From contig JAQVTZ010000001.1 of the NCBI GenBank assembly GCA_028699795.1, positions 1 through 51,200 of the forward strand: 51,200 bases of DNA, given 5' to 3'. Shown one piece after another: positions 16,157-26,343 of the stretch; position 1 is the stretch's first letter, and each line of letters begins with the position of its first letter. This stretch comes from Clostridia bacterium. GTDB lineage: Bacteria > Bacillota > Clostridia > Christensenellales > DTU072. A program made the position numbers and the translations under genes. Under the pieces are notes generated by a model. It was not told the origin of the DNA. It saw only the letters and a list, made by a program, of their open reading frames with translations, and ran no database searches.

Positions 16157-18409
16157 TCAGAGCATCGCACATCCAACGTTGCAGTAGGTTTTTCCGTCTT
16201 TTTCCTTTTTTACAAACGAAAATTGCCCCTTATATGTTTTTCCGTTTGCGGCTGTACATCGTTTTACAAGAATTTTATTGGCAATAAAAGATAGCGCTTC
16301 GGCTTCTGTCAGAGGTTTTTTTGTTCTCTGAATAACGGTTTTGTCGTCCAGAGAGAGTTTCCATCCGCAAGAACGTTGAGAACAATAATACAATTTTTGC
16401 GTTCTTCTTCCCTCTCTTTTCGTGTACAGATATACAGGTTCTCCGCACCACGGACAGTTCCCGCATGTCTTTTTTTCGGTCTGAAAGGAAACGCCCGTCT
16501 CAACGGTTTTAACTTCGTTGATTTTTTCGCGGATGAACGCAATAAAGTCGCGCATAAATTCTTCTTCGGTTGTTTTGTGTGCAACAATTTCGGCTATTTT
16601 TGTTTCCCAATCAGCGGTTATTTTGGGGCTATATATTTCGGGTGGAAGAATTCTTATGACGGACAGTCCCTTTGCGGTCGGGATAAGATAGTTTGTTTTA
16701 CCCTTCTTGAGCGCCTCTATAACGCCCGTATCAAACAGTTTTTTTATGATTTCCGCTCTCGTTGCTTGTGTTCCTATTCCCTTTCCTTTCAGAATAGCGC
16801 CGTTTTCTATGCTCGCGCCCGCGTTTTCCATTGCCGTCAGCAAGGTTGCTTCCGTGTGAAGTTTGGGAGGAGAGGTTTTTTTAGAAATGGAATCGCACTT
16901 TGTAACGTCAACGGTCTGCCCCTTTTGAAGCAGGGGTATTTCTTGTGTGTCTTCTTTTTCCTCTGCATCGTCTTGCTCGTTGTCGTCTTTACCAAAGAGC
17001 TTTTCTTGTATTTCTTTCCATCCTTTTTCAATCGGGCGTATTCCGCCAGACTGAAATTTCATGCCGTTTTTCATCTGAATAACGGCTTTGGTCTGTTCAT
17101 ATTTATAGGGCGTCGACAAGGAGACAATAAGACGGCACAAAACGAGGTTTAGGACGTTTCGGAGGGCTTCGGTCGTAACGCCGTCTTTGGAGGAAGCGCT
17201 GATACTTTTTATGTCGAAGCCCTTGATGTTTTCGGTTGGGATTAACGCATGATGGTCAGTAACTTTTTTATCGTCACAGATGATGTTGTCGATGTTGAGT
17301 CCGATTTCGATGACTCTTTGCGCGCTCGCTCGATAGGGTTCAATATTGCTCAGCTCGATGACCCGCGTTTTTAACAGCGGCACGATGTCGCTTGTTATAT
17401 AGCGGCTATCTGTTCGAGGATAACTGAGCACCTTGTATCTTTCATACAATATTTGGGCGCATGTGAGCGTTTCTGCGGCGGTATACCCGTATCTTCTGTT
17501 GGCGTCTCTTTGAAGTTCTGTTATGTCGTAAAGTTGCGGGCGATTTGTCGCCTTTTTAACCACCTCATAAGAGATAACTGTTCCTTCTTTGCCTTGCTCG
17601 ACTTCTTTTGCCAGTTTCTCTGCTACGGCGCTATTAAGCAAGCGCCCTTCCTCGTCTTTGTCAGAGGCTCTTATCCGTCCTTCGTCGTCTTTTTTCCATA
17701 CGGCTCGAAAGGGCGCGCCGTTACTCAGGGACGCCTCTATTACGAAATAATCCGTGACATGAAAGTTTTCAACGGCAATGTATCTCTTTACGACAAATCC
17801 GAGCGTTGGCGATTGAACGCGCCCGACATTGATTCCTTTTTTGTACTTGATGGTCTCGGCGCGTGACATGCTCATTCCCATTATCCAGTCGGCTTTTTTC
17901 TTGCAAAATTCGCCGCGAATAACAGGCATAAATTCTTCCTCGGTACGCAAATTGTTCATTGCGTGTCGAATTGCCTCATCTGTCATAGACGTTGCGCAAA
18001 ACCGCTTCACGGGCTTTTTGCATCCCGCCTTTTGACGAATAAACCATTGCAGAATATGTCCCTCTGCGCCCATGTCACCACAGTCGATGATATATTCTAC
18101 GTCTTCTCGGTGCATAAGTGTTTTTACGACTTCGTATTGGTCTTTGGTGCTTTCGATAACAACCAGTTTGAATTTATCGGGGACGAGCGGAAGTTCGGCA
18201 TACGCCTCTTGCGCTCTTTCCCCAAACATTTCTTTTTGGGATACGTACCCGTATGCCTCGGGCTCTGCAAGCGTGATTAAGTGTCCTACCGCCCACGTCA
18301 CGATATATCCGTTGCCCTCAAGATAACCTTGCCCTTTTTTACCATCCGCCTTGATTACCCTCGCGATTTCTCTTGCAACGCTAGGCTTTTCGGCAATGCA
18401 TAGAATCAT
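16157..18409 (-). CDS. topB: DNA topoisomerase III (type IA) with C-terminal zinc-ribbon region
   Basis: N-terminal Toprim MILCIAEKPSVAREIA and DCGDMGAEGH. Active-site region SYPRTDSRYI. C-terminal CGNCPWCGE..CSQRSCGW. ATGA overlap with the upstream GntR gene. Confidence 0.92.
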   Translation of the reverse strand: MILCIAEKPSVAREIARVIKADGKKGQGYLEGNGYIVTWAVGHLITLAEPEAYGYVSQKEMFGERAQEAYAELPLVPDKFKLVVIESTKDQYEVVKTLMHREDVEYIIDCGDMGAEGHILQWFIRQKAGCKKPVKRFCATSMTDEAIRHAMNNLRTEEEFMPVIRGEFCKKKADWIMGMSMSRAETIKYKKGINVGRVQSPTLGFVVKRYIAVENFHVTDYFVIEASLSNGAPFRAVWKKDDEGRIRASDKDEEGRLLNSAVAEKLAKEVEQGKEGTVISYEVVKKATNRPQLYDITELQRDANRRYGYTAAETLTCAQILYERYKVLSYPRTDSRYITSDIVPLLKTRVIELSNIEPYRASAQRVIEIGLNIDNIICDDKKVTDHHALIPTENIKGFDIKSISASSKDGVTTEALRNVLNLVLCRLIVSLSTPYKYEQTKAVIQMKNGMKFQSGGIRPIEKGWKEIQEKLFGKDDNEQDDAEEKEDTQEIPLLQKGQTVDVTKCDSISKKTSPPKLHTEATLLTAMENAGASIENGAILKGKGIGTQATRAEIIKKLFDTGVIEALKKGKTNYLIPTAKGLSVIRILPPEIYSPKITADWETKIAEIVAHKTTEEEFMRDFIAFIREKINEVKTVETGVSFQTEKKTCGNCPWCGEPVYLYTKREGRRTQKLYYCSQRSCGWKLSLDDKTVIQRTKKPLTEAEALSFIANKILVKRCTAANGKTYKGQFSFVKKEKDGKTYCNVGCAML

Positions 18410-18816
18410 TTTGTTCTCCTTGTTGCGGGCGCGTCCTCACGGTGAGGACGACGCGGCGGAGGAGCGAGATTTTCGATTTGTTTAATAATTTCTTCTTTGC
18501 TGACCCCTAACTTATTGCCATAATCGATGGCAGAGACTATTTTATCGTCTAAAATGAGGCGGAGTTTGTCTCGAATCTTTTCGCGCACATACGGCTTAAC
18601 AAAGCATCCGACGCCCATTTTTTTTACGATAATGTCTTCTTCGTGCAGTTTGTCGATTATCTTTTGGGCAGTCGTGTTTCCAATCCCGTATATCTCGGTC
18701 ATTTCAACGATTGTGGGAAGGCGTTCCCCCGCCGCATAAATGCCGTTCATTATTTTGATTTCGAGGTCGGTTTTTACGGCTTCCCACAAATTTATGTTGT
18801 TTCTGGGTACGTTCAT
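18406..18816 (-). CDS. GntR-family (short, YhcF-like) transcriptional regulator
   Basis: wHTH pattern AGERLPTIVEMTEIYGIGNTTAQKIIDKLHEEDIIVKKMGVGCFV. AAAGGAG RBS. The C-terminal tail PPPRRPHREDAP is encoded by palindrome site 4. Confidence 0.8.
   Translation of the reverse strand: MNVPRNNINLWEAVKTDLEIKIMNGIYAAGERLPTIVEMTEIYGIGNTTAQKIIDKLHEEDIIVKKMGVGCFVKPYVREKIRDKLRLILDDKIVSAIDYGNKLGVSKEEIIKQIENLAPPPRRPHREDAPATRRTK
18434..18448. promoter_or_regulatory. 15-bp palindrome TCCTCAC-G-GTGAGGA (site 4)
   Basis: Perfect copy with flanking CG..CG that extends the arms to 9 bp. Lies in the 3' end of the GntR gene, 25 bp upstream of the topB start. Confidence 0.75.
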
Positions 18817-18834
18817 GGTCGCTCCTTTTGCCTA

Positions 18835-19119
18835 TCATTCTTCCGAAGTTTCGGTTTTTTTGCCGAGTTCGGCAATCTTTCCGTTGGTGATTGCCGCCAA
18901 TACCTCGTCGATGGTAATGCTTCTTTGGTCGAGCTCTTTTGAGAGCGCCATGAGTTTTTCTTGGTTTCGCTTCATGAGTAAATTGTCGAGGTTTGCGGTT
19001 GCCTCTTTAATCTTGACGTTAATCCCCGCACGTCGTTCCTCAATTTCGGCTTTTTTCTCGTTGAGCTGATTTATTTTTTCCTCTTCTTTTCGGATAAGGG
19101 AATCAAGTCGATTTTCCAT
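18835..19119 (-). CDS. Coiled-coil protein (94 aa), DUF4315-like
   Basis: Size, heptad-rich sequence and position between the DUF4366-like and regulator genes match Clostridial conjugative modules (family name from memory). Confidence 0.6.
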   Translation of the reverse strand: MENRLDSLIRKEEEKINQLNEKKAEIEERRAGINVKIKEATANLDNLLMKRNQEKLMALSKELDQRSITIDEVLAAITNGKIAELGKKTETSEE

Positions 19120-19150
19120 GTTTTTATCCTCTTTCTTATTTTTTTACTGC

Positions 19151-20257
19151 TTATTGTCCTTTTCTTTTACGAAGCCATATCCGCACAAAAAGAACCGCAA
19201 GAACCGCAAGAGCAATGATGATAGGAATGAAGTTTGACCGAACGCCCTTTGCTACTCCGTCCCAGAGCCCTTTTTCATCTTTTGATTTGTCGGCGGGCGT
19301 TATTGTTGTGGGCGTGGTTTCTGTCGTTGCTGTGTTTGCGCCCGTTTCCTTTGGGGTGGTGGGCTGAGGCGTCGTCGTTCCGTCGACGGCGGGATTATCG
19401 ATTGTTACGTTTTCAAAAAAATTCACAACTCCTCCCGTGTTGAAACGGAGATAATATATCCAGTCCGTGATTTTTCTGTACGCTTCGGCTTGTTCGGTCG
19501 AGACTTTTGCGAGTGGGCTATATTGGTCGGCGACGTTTGCCCGAAACGAGTCGATGTCCCCCCAATAAGGGTCGGCATCAGGTTTGTCGTTTGAGTATAG
19601 AATGTTAACATAGAGCTCGTAGCGGATAAAACGTTCAAAGAGAGACATGCTGTTCCACTCTTCGATTGTTCCACCCGTATATTCGACATATCGATTTCCA
19701 AATTCTGCAACGGTATAATCGTCGAGTACTCTGTCGTAGCCCGAGTCGCCGTACATGAGTATTGCTGTTTTCATGTATTCGTTAAAGACTTGATTGGCTT
19801 CTTCGTTTGGGGTGTTGGCAACAAAATAAGGCGCGTCTGGGTTTGCCAGTAAGGGGCTGTTTTCAACCACTTTCCAATCCAAATATAAGGTTTCTCCTGC
19901 CGTGGTAAATGATTGCGGCGCAGTCCCGTCCGTATTTTGGATAAGGAATATCCCGTTGCTTGGAAACGATATATACAGGTCGAGCGTTATTCCAATCGGA
20001 ACACTAAATCCGAGCGCCGCACAATCGGCGGTGTAATTTCCCGTATAGGATTTGTTGTTGGCTTTGTCAACCAGTTTGACCTCTACGGTGTCTTTGAATT
20101 GTCCGCCTGTCTCGTCAGCGATGGTAATAACTATCGTGCATGATGGCGCTTCGTCGGTTGCTTCCGTTGCGCGAATTGCGCCGCCCGTATATGTAACAAC
20201 TAGGATTGCGCATGTTATGACCGTTAAAATTGTCCTTGAAAGAGATGATTTTCTCAT
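19151..20257 (-). CDS. Surface/secreted T4SS-associated protein, DUF4366-like (368 aa)
   Basis: N-terminal signal/TM segment, Thr/Pro-rich linker (TTPQPTTPKETGANTATTETTPTTITP) and a C-terminal TM anchor followed by RKRKG. Confidence 0.65.
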   Translation of the reverse strand: MRKSSLSRTILTVITCAILVVTYTGGAIRATEATDEAPSCTIVITIADETGGQFKDTVEVKLVDKANNKSYTGNYTADCAALGFSVPIGITLDLYISFPSNGIFLIQNTDGTAPQSFTTAGETLYLDWKVVENSPLLANPDAPYFVANTPNEEANQVFNEYMKTAILMYGDSGYDRVLDDYTVAEFGNRYVEYTGGTIEEWNSMSLFERFIRYELYVNILYSNDKPDADPYWGDIDSFRANVADQYSPLAKVSTEQAEAYRKITDWIYYLRFNTGGVVNFFENVTIDNPAVDGTTTPQPTTPKETGANTATTETTPTTITPADKSKDEKGLWDGVAKGVRSNFIPIIIALAVLAVLFVRIWLRKRKGQ

Positions 20258-20299
20258 GGTGTGTTCCTTCCCTTCGTTTTGTTTTTGCTTTAAGTTAGG

Positions 20300-23065
20300 T
20301 TAGTAGTTCATCAGTCCGTATCCGTATATTGACATGCTGTCTAGCGGGTATTTGTATATGATGACGCTGTTTTGTCGGTTTCCTTCAACCGTATATACAT
20401 TGTCTGCGTCTCTGCCGATTACAAGCCCCACATGGTCGGGCGTTCCGTCTCGGTCATAGTCAAAGAATATGACGTCTCCCGTGACGACACCCTCTCTTCC
20501 GTAGGAGCGTTCTCCCCATCGTCCGTTTTCGGAAAACCATGCCGTGAGGTTTGGACAGTATCGGTTGTTCTCTGTGTATGCGTAATTGCTTTCTTGTCCG
20601 CTTTCCTTCATGCACCACCAAACAAAACACGCACACCACGGACACCATGTTTCGCCCATGCCTGAGCTTCTCAGATAGGGTTGTCCGCCCGTCATTCCCA
20701 CTTGTGTAAGTGCTAGGTCAATTATTGCTTGGTTTGGGGTGCGTCCGCCGTCGACCCACACCACGCCAGAAAGGTCTTGTTCTGTCATTCCTCCGCCGTA
20801 TTGAATCTGAACCATCCGTGCTAGTTCGCGATATAGGGCATATACGTCCATTAGGTTTCGTAATTGATATTCTTCGTCTTCGGTGCGGGCTGTTTTTTCC
20901 AACAATTCATCCATCGGTTGTTGTAAATATTTCATTTCGAGCTCGTTTTGTCCTTCGAGCGTTAGCCAACATTCGTATACTTGATGACCTTCGCACACAT
21001 AATAACCGTTACAATAGTATCGCGTCGCGTAGATTGCCGCTCCGCTCGGGTAGTATCCGACGACCTCCCATACGCTATAATCACAGCTACACTTTTTATA
21101 GGTAAGGTTTTCGTGATAATGTTTTTCTAATGGAAAATTGACACACGAAGAATACGAGGCGTGGTATACGCCGCATGCTTCGCACCAGTTTGGCTCTCCG
21201 CTTCCGTCGTAAATGTCTTGTCCACAATATTCTACTTTGAAGACGTCCGTATATTGAAGTAGCGTGGTCATAATGTTTTCAAGTATCATATATGCGTCGG
21301 ATTCATATGGTACTTGTCCGTACATCAGATAGTCTTTGATTATGATTGCGTTGAACATGGGTTGTACCATGTTTATAAGCTCTTCGTTTGTATAAAATTC
21401 GGCGGTGATTGTTGCCGCATCGGGGGTCATATATCCTTCTGATGTGGTTGTTCGAAAGCGCACGATATCATATGCCCCGCCGTTTACTTCTTGAGTGTCC
21501 CTGCATATAGTAATGACATCTTCAAGCTTCGCGGCGCGGTATGCGGGAATTCCATATGTTGGGTCGGAGATAAACTCGCGAATATCTCGGGTCATAATTT
21601 GTCCGTCCATGCTCACGTCAAATAGCCCACTCAAGAGCCCTCCCGCAACGGCGGCGGGGGCGGTAAGAATTGAAGAGGAGGCGGCAACGATACTGATAAT
21701 CAGAATAAGCGGCAATACGACTTTTCGTCCTGCCATTTTGAATGCGCTTAAAATAGCGTTTACAACGGACTTTCCCGCACGGGCGACTGCGTTTCGCGTT
21801 TTGTTTCGCGCTCTAGCCCATGCCGCTCGTAATCCTTTTTGTCGGACATAATTAAGTCCGTTATAAGTTGCCTTTGTTGCCCGAACGGTCTTTTTTGCGG
21901 TTTTTACGGTTGCTTTGGCAATATTCTTTGTGCCTTTCACGGCGGTTTTCACGCCGTATGTTGAGCCCGTGATTACGTTTCCTGTTGTTGACAGCGCTTC
22001 GTTGTCAGCGCTCGCCAATACTCCCCCGATGCCAATAGCGAGACCGCTTGCCTTTCGGTACGCGAACGGCATGCCCTTTTTAACGGTTGCTGATGCCGTT
22101 TTAACCCCAAGTTTTGCGCTTGTTCTTGCCGCGGTTCTCGTGCGTCTCCATGCGGCAATCGTGGCTTCTCGTGTCTTTGCTTTTACAACATCTGACAGCT
22201 TCGTTTGTCCTGTTTGGATGCTTTTAAGCGAGCGTTTTGCCATGCGCACACGGGTTACTGCGTACTGTCCTTTAACAAAAGCGGTTTGTAGACGCCTCGC
22301 ATAGATGTCTACGGTTGAGGCGATTCTCTGGGATGTTCTAGTTGCCGCAAGCCCCGACTTACTGGCTTGCTCCATCAAGAGTTTTCGAACGCTCTGACTC
22401 GTCATGGGCGACATCGCGCCGCTTGCGAGCCTTGCGGTGTTTGAAAGCGTAACAACCGCCTTTGCCGTAGTTAATGTAACGTCGTATGTGTTTTGTGCTA
22501 CTTTTACTACGCGCTCTATGTTCTGCGGCGCGGTTTTAACCGCGAGCACGGCTAGGTCGGATGCCGTTTGTGCCGCTCTGAATCCGTGCGCGGCGAGAAT
22601 TCCTGCGCTGACGACGCCCGCCGCCGCCGTTGTTCCGATGTCGTCGCTTTGCCCGCTTATTGCGGTTTGGGCTTTGTGGGCGACGATATTTCCCGTCTTG
22701 GAGATGGATGAATACGTGCTTGTCCCCGTTTTTGGAGATAGAGGGTTTTCAGATGTTTTGAGGATGCTTTGCGCGGGCTTATATGTGCTTCCGCCAATTA
22801 TATAGTTGAGATTGTTTTGTATTTTGGCGGATGTTTCTACCGTTTTAACGCTCTCGGTGACAGGACGGGGTGTTCGTTTTCTCTGCTCCTCGGCGTCGCT
22901 TGTCTGGTTCTTTTCAGTCGCGTAAGAAGAGAACGACGTGACGGAGGTTTGCGTAGGCTTTGCCGCCGTCTTAGGCGAGAGCGACGATAGGGCGCTTGCA
23001 TCATAGGTTTTTCCGCCAACGCTATATTTCATGTTGCCGTTTGTTTTTAGCGGGTTGTCCTTCAT
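20300..23065 (-). CDS. T4SS cell-wall hydrolase with C-terminal CHAP/NlpC-P60-type domain (921 aa)
   Basis: C-terminus WCPWCACFVWW..GDVIFFDYDRDGTPDHVGLVIG..YTVEGN (Cys/His amidase pattern). Ala/Thr/Lys-rich helical N-terminal half with a TM segment. Confidence 0.85.
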   Translation of the reverse strand: MKDNPLKTNGNMKYSVGGKTYDASALSSLSPKTAAKPTQTSVTSFSSYATEKNQTSDAEEQRKRTPRPVTESVKTVETSAKIQNNLNYIIGGSTYKPAQSILKTSENPLSPKTGTSTYSSISKTGNIVAHKAQTAISGQSDDIGTTAAAGVVSAGILAAHGFRAAQTASDLAVLAVKTAPQNIERVVKVAQNTYDVTLTTAKAVVTLSNTARLASGAMSPMTSQSVRKLLMEQASKSGLAATRTSQRIASTVDIYARRLQTAFVKGQYAVTRVRMAKRSLKSIQTGQTKLSDVVKAKTREATIAAWRRTRTAARTSAKLGVKTASATVKKGMPFAYRKASGLAIGIGGVLASADNEALSTTGNVITGSTYGVKTAVKGTKNIAKATVKTAKKTVRATKATYNGLNYVRQKGLRAAWARARNKTRNAVARAGKSVVNAILSAFKMAGRKVVLPLILIISIVAASSSILTAPAAVAGGLLSGLFDVSMDGQIMTRDIREFISDPTYGIPAYRAAKLEDVITICRDTQEVNGGAYDIVRFRTTTSEGYMTPDAATITAEFYTNEELINMVQPMFNAIIIKDYLMYGQVPYESDAYMILENIMTTLLQYTDVFKVEYCGQDIYDGSGEPNWCEACGVYHASYSSCVNFPLEKHYHENLTYKKCSCDYSVWEVVGYYPSGAAIYATRYYCNGYYVCEGHQVYECWLTLEGQNELEMKYLQQPMDELLEKTARTEDEEYQLRNLMDVYALYRELARMVQIQYGGGMTEQDLSGVVWVDGGRTPNQAIIDLALTQVGMTGGQPYLRSSGMGETWCPWCACFVWWCMKESGQESNYAYTENNRYCPNLTAWFSENGRWGERSYGREGVVTGDVIFFDYDRDGTPDHVGLVIGRDADNVYTVEGNRQNSVIIYKYPLDSMSIYGYGLMNY

Positions 23066-23094
23066 TTTTGCCTCTCCTCTTTTTTGGGATACGC

Positions 23095-26000
23095 CTATAA
23101 CGCTTCGTCTTTGTCTTCTTCGATTTTTTCGTTGGGGTCTATCATCGGAGTTGTTTCAATAATGGTTTTTATTTTATACTCGATTTCGGTCTCTGTCATG
23201 TTTTCGCCAAAGCGGGTTGACATGAGCTTGTATAAGTAGGAGTCTTCGGGGAAGCGGTCTTCAAAAGGAACAATTATCTTTTCGGCAAAGATAAGACCGC
23301 TTCCCGCCTCTGCGCCAATAACAAAGCCCATTTGTGTTTCGGATATGTTCAGAAGTTCTGCCAATAGCTTCAAGTCCTCGCCGTTTTGGTTGAGCATCAT
23401 GATGAAGTCTGAGTTTCCTATCATTCCTCGGGCTTTTTCGGTTCGGAGCAAGTCCTCGACGTTTTGCGTCAGTCCTGTAATGCACAGTCCGTATTTACGA
23501 CCTCTCTTGTACAGTTGCTTCAAATATTCTGCTGAGAATTCGTTATTAAACATGACGTGTATTTCGTCGGCGTAACAGTATGTTCGGACGCCCCTGTTCT
23601 TGTTATCAACCATTCTGTTCCATATAAAATCGAAAATGATGGAGAGCGCGATTTGCCGCAGTTGGTCTCCGAGGTCTCGCACATTGAAAACAACCAGACG
23701 GTTGCTTACAGCAACGTTTGTTTTGTTGGCAAAGACATTCATGCTTCCTCGGGTGTAGTATTCTACGCCTACGGCAACCTGTCGTCCGTCCTCAACGCCT
23801 TTTTCCTTGTCGAGTTCGTTTTGCAAATCAAGGAGCGTTGGGATGTACTCTTGGTCAAAGTCATGGCTCATGAATTGCTCGTAACAACGCTTAACGCATT
23901 GGTCAACGATTGTTCGCTGAATAGGGGTAATCGTTGTTTTATTGTCGCCTCTACCCGTTGTTATCATGTCTTCGACAAGAGACATAATAAAGTTAGATTT
24001 TTTGGTAAGTGCTTTTGATTTTTTGAGGTCGATAGAAATGTCTTCTTTGTCGTCTTCGTCGAGTCCGTAATCTTCGGACATATCCATTGGGTTGATGTAA
24101 TAGGAGCTATCGGCGGATATGTCGAGTACCGTTCCGCCAAATGCGCGACAAAAATCTCCGTACTCGTTTTCGGGGTCGATAATCAATATGCTTGTTTCGT
24201 TGTCATGCAGAAGCACGTTGAGAATTTCCTCTTTCGTCGCGAAAGATTTTCCGCTTCCCGATGTTCCCAGAACAAAACCAGAGGGGGTTTTCATGGCAGA
24301 GCGATTTACGATTATTAGGTTTTTGGATATTTGGTTTAATCCGTAATAGTATCCGTGCGGCTGAAATAGCTCTTGATTTGAGAACGGCATAAATATTGCC
24401 GTACTCTCGGTCGTAAGCGTTCTCTCAACGCAGGTCTTTTCGGGCGGGTATCCAAAGGGCATGGTTATCTTATACCCTTCTTCCTGTTGATAGGTCAGCG
24501 GCATAAGCTGAGTTGTGAATTTTCTTGCCTTGCTTTCAACGACCTTGCAATGTTCGTTGAGCTCTTCGATATCCGCTCCGTAGACAAGCAACGTAATGGT
24601 TACAAAAAACATCTTTTGATTTTTGTTCAGCATGTCGTCGTATAGCGCCTCAGCTTGCGCGAGCGCGTCTTTAATACTATGCTGTATCGTTTCGGGGCTG
24701 TATCCCGACCTTATGGCTCTTTTTTCTGCGTCTATTTTGTCCTTTTCAATTCCCGTAAGCTGTTTTTGTACAATCTTTTTTCCCTTGTCCTGTGCTACGG
24801 GCTGTATGCTGAGCGTGGTTGTAACGGGAAAATCATTGTCGCATAACTCGTATAAAAATTCGTCTGAAAGAGATGCGGGGAGATTACTTAAATACAAGGC
24901 GCGGACAAGGCAGTTGTCGATTACCATATCGTTTTTGTTGAATTCAAAGGATGACGGCGCGATATAGTCCTTGCTCGAAATTCCTTGCGTCTTTATGAAG
25001 TCGTAATCGATGCTGAGTTCGCCCTCTCTTCCTTTTCTGAATTTGTCGTGGTAATACTCAAGGCGCTCGGACGTAGAAAGCATTTTGGCGTCGCTTCCGA
25101 TTTTGCGAACGTTTTGGATTACTTCGCTATCGATTTTGTGGAATCGGAGCAATGCCTCGATTGGCGTGTCCGCATCCGTTGTAACGGTCAGGTACTTTTC
25201 CACCTGTATGTCGTTTCTTCCTGCGCGGATTTGACGCTTGAGGATGTTGTTGTATTCGGTTCTATGTCGGTCGTGCTCGTCTCCCGTCAGCGGGTACAAT
25301 ATTTTGTTTTCCTGTTCTTGGAGAGATATTACACGGTTGTCTATTGTGAAGGCAAAACGCATGTCTTCTCCAAAATAGTTCAAAAATTCACACAGTTTAG
25401 AAAATATTATAAGCTGTTCGTCTTCGCGAGCGATTCGGTAATTGATGTCTTGAAGCCGATACATTTTACTAAATTTGTTTGGAGTAATTTCAAACAGCCC
25501 CTCGTCATAATCAGCAATAAAGGGGATGCTTTTTTGTGTCGAGTTCGGAATGACAAGGCGGGCTGTTCTTCTCTTCTGCATCGATGCGTTTTGCTTTCGG
25601 ATAGACTCTTTTCGGCGAACAACCGCTTTTTTTCGGTTGAGTGCGACCGTTTGATGGTATTTTTTCATCAGCGCCCGCTCTTTTTTTGTAAGCATATATC
25701 GCGGGTCGTTTTTCATCTTTTTGTTGATGTCCTGCGCCTTCTCCTCGAGGAGTTCAAATCCTGTTTTTCGCGTTTTTTTATTGTTATTCTTGTTCTCGTC
25801 CCCGTCTGGGGTCACGCCGTTTGCTGATTTTCCCTTTTTTGTCCTCACCGTGAGGAGCGCTACCTCGTCAACGTTAATATTTTCACCGTTTTCTTCGGCT
25901 TCTGTAATCAGCGCCGCTCGTTCCAAGCTGATTGATTTGCGGGTTTTTTCTTCTCTTCTCATTTCTCTCCTCGTTTTCGGACGCTCTTCTTCGAGTGCCA

Positions 26001-26322
26001 TGTTTTGCCAGTTGCGGAAGGCGTTTTCGGTTACATATCTTCTCTTTCGGGGAAACAGGAATTCGTGTTTGAATATCGCGACAACGAATCTTTCCATCGG
26101 CATGCCGTTGAATTTGAAGTATCCAATAGCCAGAATTGGGAGGGCGATTGCAATAATAATCCAAGATAGCGTATCGTCGCCCATATATTTCCGCCCGAAC
26201 CAATATAGGGGAACGCATATAAACAATGCGATGAGGGTCGCTAGGAGCTGTCTCGCATTAAGACCGAGCATAATTTTTTCCTTGTATTTTCTTATTTCTT
26301 CTGGAATTCGTACTGCAATCAT
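23095..26322 (-). CDS. VirB4-family T4SS ATPase fused to an N-terminal PrgI/VirB3-like membrane segment (1075 aa)
   Basis: Walker A GTSGSGKSF, Walker B region LIIDPENEY, N-terminal TM hairpin LNARQLLATLIALFICVPLYWFG. Confidence 0.92.
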   Translation of the reverse strand: MIAVRIPEEIRKYKEKIMLGLNARQLLATLIALFICVPLYWFGRKYMGDDTLSWIIIAIALPILAIGYFKFNGMPMERFVVAIFKHEFLFPRKRRYVTENAFRNWQNMALEEERPKTRREMRREEKTRKSISLERAALITEAEENGENINVDEVALLTVRTKKGKSANGVTPDGDENKNNNKKTRKTGFELLEEKAQDINKKMKNDPRYMLTKKERALMKKYHQTVALNRKKAVVRRKESIRKQNASMQKRRTARLVIPNSTQKSIPFIADYDEGLFEITPNKFSKMYRLQDINYRIAREDEQLIIFSKLCEFLNYFGEDMRFAFTIDNRVISLQEQENKILYPLTGDEHDRHRTEYNNILKRQIRAGRNDIQVEKYLTVTTDADTPIEALLRFHKIDSEVIQNVRKIGSDAKMLSTSERLEYYHDKFRKGREGELSIDYDFIKTQGISSKDYIAPSSFEFNKNDMVIDNCLVRALYLSNLPASLSDEFLYELCDNDFPVTTTLSIQPVAQDKGKKIVQKQLTGIEKDKIDAEKRAIRSGYSPETIQHSIKDALAQAEALYDDMLNKNQKMFFVTITLLVYGADIEELNEHCKVVESKARKFTTQLMPLTYQQEEGYKITMPFGYPPEKTCVERTLTTESTAIFMPFSNQELFQPHGYYYGLNQISKNLIIVNRSAMKTPSGFVLGTSGSGKSFATKEEILNVLLHDNETSILIIDPENEYGDFCRAFGGTVLDISADSSYYINPMDMSEDYGLDEDDKEDISIDLKKSKALTKKSNFIMSLVEDMITTGRGDNKTTITPIQRTIVDQCVKRCYEQFMSHDFDQEYIPTLLDLQNELDKEKGVEDGRQVAVGVEYYTRGSMNVFANKTNVAVSNRLVVFNVRDLGDQLRQIALSIIFDFIWNRMVDNKNRGVRTYCYADEIHVMFNNEFSAEYLKQLYKRGRKYGLCITGLTQNVEDLLRTEKARGMIGNSDFIMMLNQNGEDLKLLAELLNISETQMGFVIGAEAGSGLIFAEKIIVPFEDRFPEDSYLYKLMSTRFGENMTETEIEYKIKTIIETTPMIDPNEKIEEDKDEAL
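25842..25856. promoter_or_regulatory. 15-bp palindrome TCCTCAC-C-GTGAGGA (site 5, intragenic)
   Basis: Perfect copy in the low-complexity linker of VirB4, translated as LLTVRT. Preceded by GCTGATTTTCC, the same string that precedes the palindrome in the long repeats. Confidence 0.75.
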
Positions 26323-26343
26323 TTTATTCTCCTTTGATTGGGG